Below, in pieces: positions 19,201 through 20,000 of a stretch of 20,000 nt of DNA. Source of the DNA: Pseudogymnoascus verrucosus. Taxonomy: Eukaryota. Where the stretch lies: assembly GCA_001662655.1 (NCBI GenBank), contig KV460211.1. One strand, given 5' to 3'. The notes beneath the pieces are model-generated. The model was not told the DNA's origin, did not search any database, and saw nothing but the letters and a program-made list of their open reading frames with translations. Position 1 is the first letter of the stretch, and each line of letters starts with the position of its first letter. Position numbers and translations under genes: made by a program.

Positions 19201-19591
19201 GGCGCCCAGCAAACTGAGAAGCCTTATTTGATAGTCTCCTGATGATGCCCGGACCTTTATTTAAAGCCATTGCCTCGCTCATGGCACTGTGGCTGTTCTT
19301 TCGGTGGACAATGGATTCGGGAAGCTCGAAGGGGGGTGGAAGGTCACTATCACAGCTGCCCTTGGGTAGGTCGGGCCCAGGTGAGCCCTGCACAGAGCTG
19401 TTGCTTGTTGTGAGTTGTGTCTGAGGGGAGAGTACCGGAGACGCCTGCTGCGAGCTGGACGTCAAGGAGGAGGCACTTATGGCGGAAGTGGGGACCGAGG
19501 TGGAGGGTATAGTAGGTAGGAAGCTCGTCTGAACTTTGGAGGGCATGGCACGCCGCGGCGGCTGCGCCGGTATGGTGGGTTGGTGAGCCAT
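16265..19591 (-). CDS. PLC1: Phosphoinositide-specific phospholipase C (PH, EF-hand, X, Y and C2 domains), 1108 aa
   Basis: X-box YISSSHNTYL, GCRCVEVDCWDG, HGRTLTS, ISLEVHC; Y-box RVYP..RVASTNFDP..W..GVQMAALNWQT, GYVLKP; C2 ISAQQL..DPYVEVE..NGFNP..LKQGYRTLPL. Confidence 0.97.
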   Translation of the reverse strand: MAHQPTIPAQPPRRAMPSKVQTSFLPTIPSTSVPTSAISASSLTSSSQQASPVLSPQTQLTTSNSSVQGSPGPDLPKGSCDSDLPPPFELPESIVHRKNSHSAMSEAMALNKGPGIIRRLSNKASQFAGRRRQSSAAANSRDHSSGPVIMRRRSDSTSTAPEVRPVLLTESDDESRDDTRDDMNGFADGMKEYYSNGSPTGSISGVPINDGPVIPAVLLQGTTMLKVSKKKRKLLTFALDIDAAKVSWDKNRPSKAFYIDDIKEIRSGSDARNYRSEFGVPACDERRFFSILYVISDKSKGRSQKLMHLIAGDDRTFELWTTTLDAISKHRHELMASLSSFNDKAVRAYWRREMNKQFGDRAHSEDEEMIDITGVERLCRSLHIHGVNNHLRAKFAQVDELKCGLLTYGQFQELINLMKRREDVRALYNELTVPDKKGITLEDFLVFLKDTQGEDVEGRRTHWTTVFSKFVRRSKTKEQAQQDLQNGETPLMNESALASYLTSTYNVPIKDVPANFTLDRPLHEYYISSSHNTYLLGRQVAGQSSVEAYISALSKGCRCVEVDCWDGSEGPVVMHGRTLTSQVSFADVMTTISKYAFVSSQFPLLISLEVHCSRQQQIMMAEIIKATCGSKLVTEPLDPNSQQLPSPSQLMNRILIKVKMPCDEPAFNAEVTAGRRRGASVNSPYVRPIVLDNTMIPNASILQSPPMSPRQRPTMGITRSQTTSIRSPQHAGESQDSLSNSTSESESMNDDGSEKRKQQSNIVKVLGDLGVYTAGVKFHGFDTPESKTYNHIYSFMEATFTKNSKTPDTKRALVRHNMRHMMRVYPNGWRVASTNFDPLTYWRRGVQMAALNWQTYDLGMQINDAMFEGGTDVSGYVLKPSGLREITMLPNVPEAAGEGYVKRERKLVTFSIEVISAQQLMRPKNLPATRTVDPYVEVEVFHADDKAKDVAGVVGEGGPDAAGRGGSSGLGAPRRLRTQIVPENGFNPLFNQKFKFALTTKYPDLVFVRWTVRASRDGHSYDDRGTPLATYTAKLGSLKQGYRTLPLMDANGDQFLFSTLCCKVKVKEATSIYVDGPPEAVGKLKSLGRSIIGRAQSTPVTPKTLDSA

Positions 19592-20000
19592 TGTGGTAGT
19601 GGGGGGAGGAGGAGGAGGTATAAATAATGGCGTTGCGGGTTCGAGGAACAGTATTGATAAGTGGAAGTTCGGTGGTGAAATATTTCGTTATAACGAGGCC
19701 ATCAGCGATAGCTTCGAGGGATCGCAGGGTAGGAGACTGCAGTGCCGAGCTACGACGAGCGAGCGGTATCTTTAATTGTCTTCATATTTCTTTCTCTGGG
19801 TGCCAATTTGACAGGGATTTGGGGGACCGGAGAGAAAGGCCCTTAAGTTGTCCACGCAGCCAACGCGTTCGGTCTGTCGTTCGGCGTGTCAGACGCAAGG
19901 CTGTCGAGGGAGGCCGTGTTATGTAGGCGTAGGTAGGGTCGTAATTGTATGTATATGCGGGCGTCTGACGGTCGACCTGCAGCCGGGGGGGGGGGGGGGG

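Noticed and set aside
16535..19424. Several + strand and alternate-frame ORFs within PLC1
   Set aside because: GC-rich shadow ORFs of the real gene
19985..20000. Terminal poly-G run
   Set aside because: Homopolymer at the window edge; simple repeat or sequencing artefact, not interpretable

Overview
Genomic DNA of a filamentous ascomycete (short GT..CTRAC..AG introns, dispersed-type 5S rRNA sequence; probably a Leotiomycete, which is inference). Two conserved inositol-pathway genes, INO1 (2326-3918 +) and phosphoinositide phospholipase C PLC1 (16265-19591 -), bracket an accessory island of about 10 kb. The island core is a head-to-head pair that looks like a complete NLR amyloid-signalling cell-death system. 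One gene encodes a HeLo-like/SesA effector (spliced, 303 aa, - strand) ending in two HET-s-like pseudo-repeats (R1 QDISNVITSDDSKVLVG, R2 QRIKDVATKSRSAAAVG). The other encodes a NACHT-WD40 NLR (3 exons, 1428 aa, + strand) whose first exon, missing from the ORF track, carries a matching single repeat (R0 QDISSVFIDHHSRGAVG). The NLR has a 7-unit internal WD array with a hypervariable loop and RIP-like C>T changes. The pair is flanked by two 3'-truncated 5S rRNA genes in the same orientation, then by two damaged, convergent F-box paralogues. A conserved non-coding element upstream of each F-box gene forms an inverted repeat around the whole island, and part of it is flipped between the two copies.
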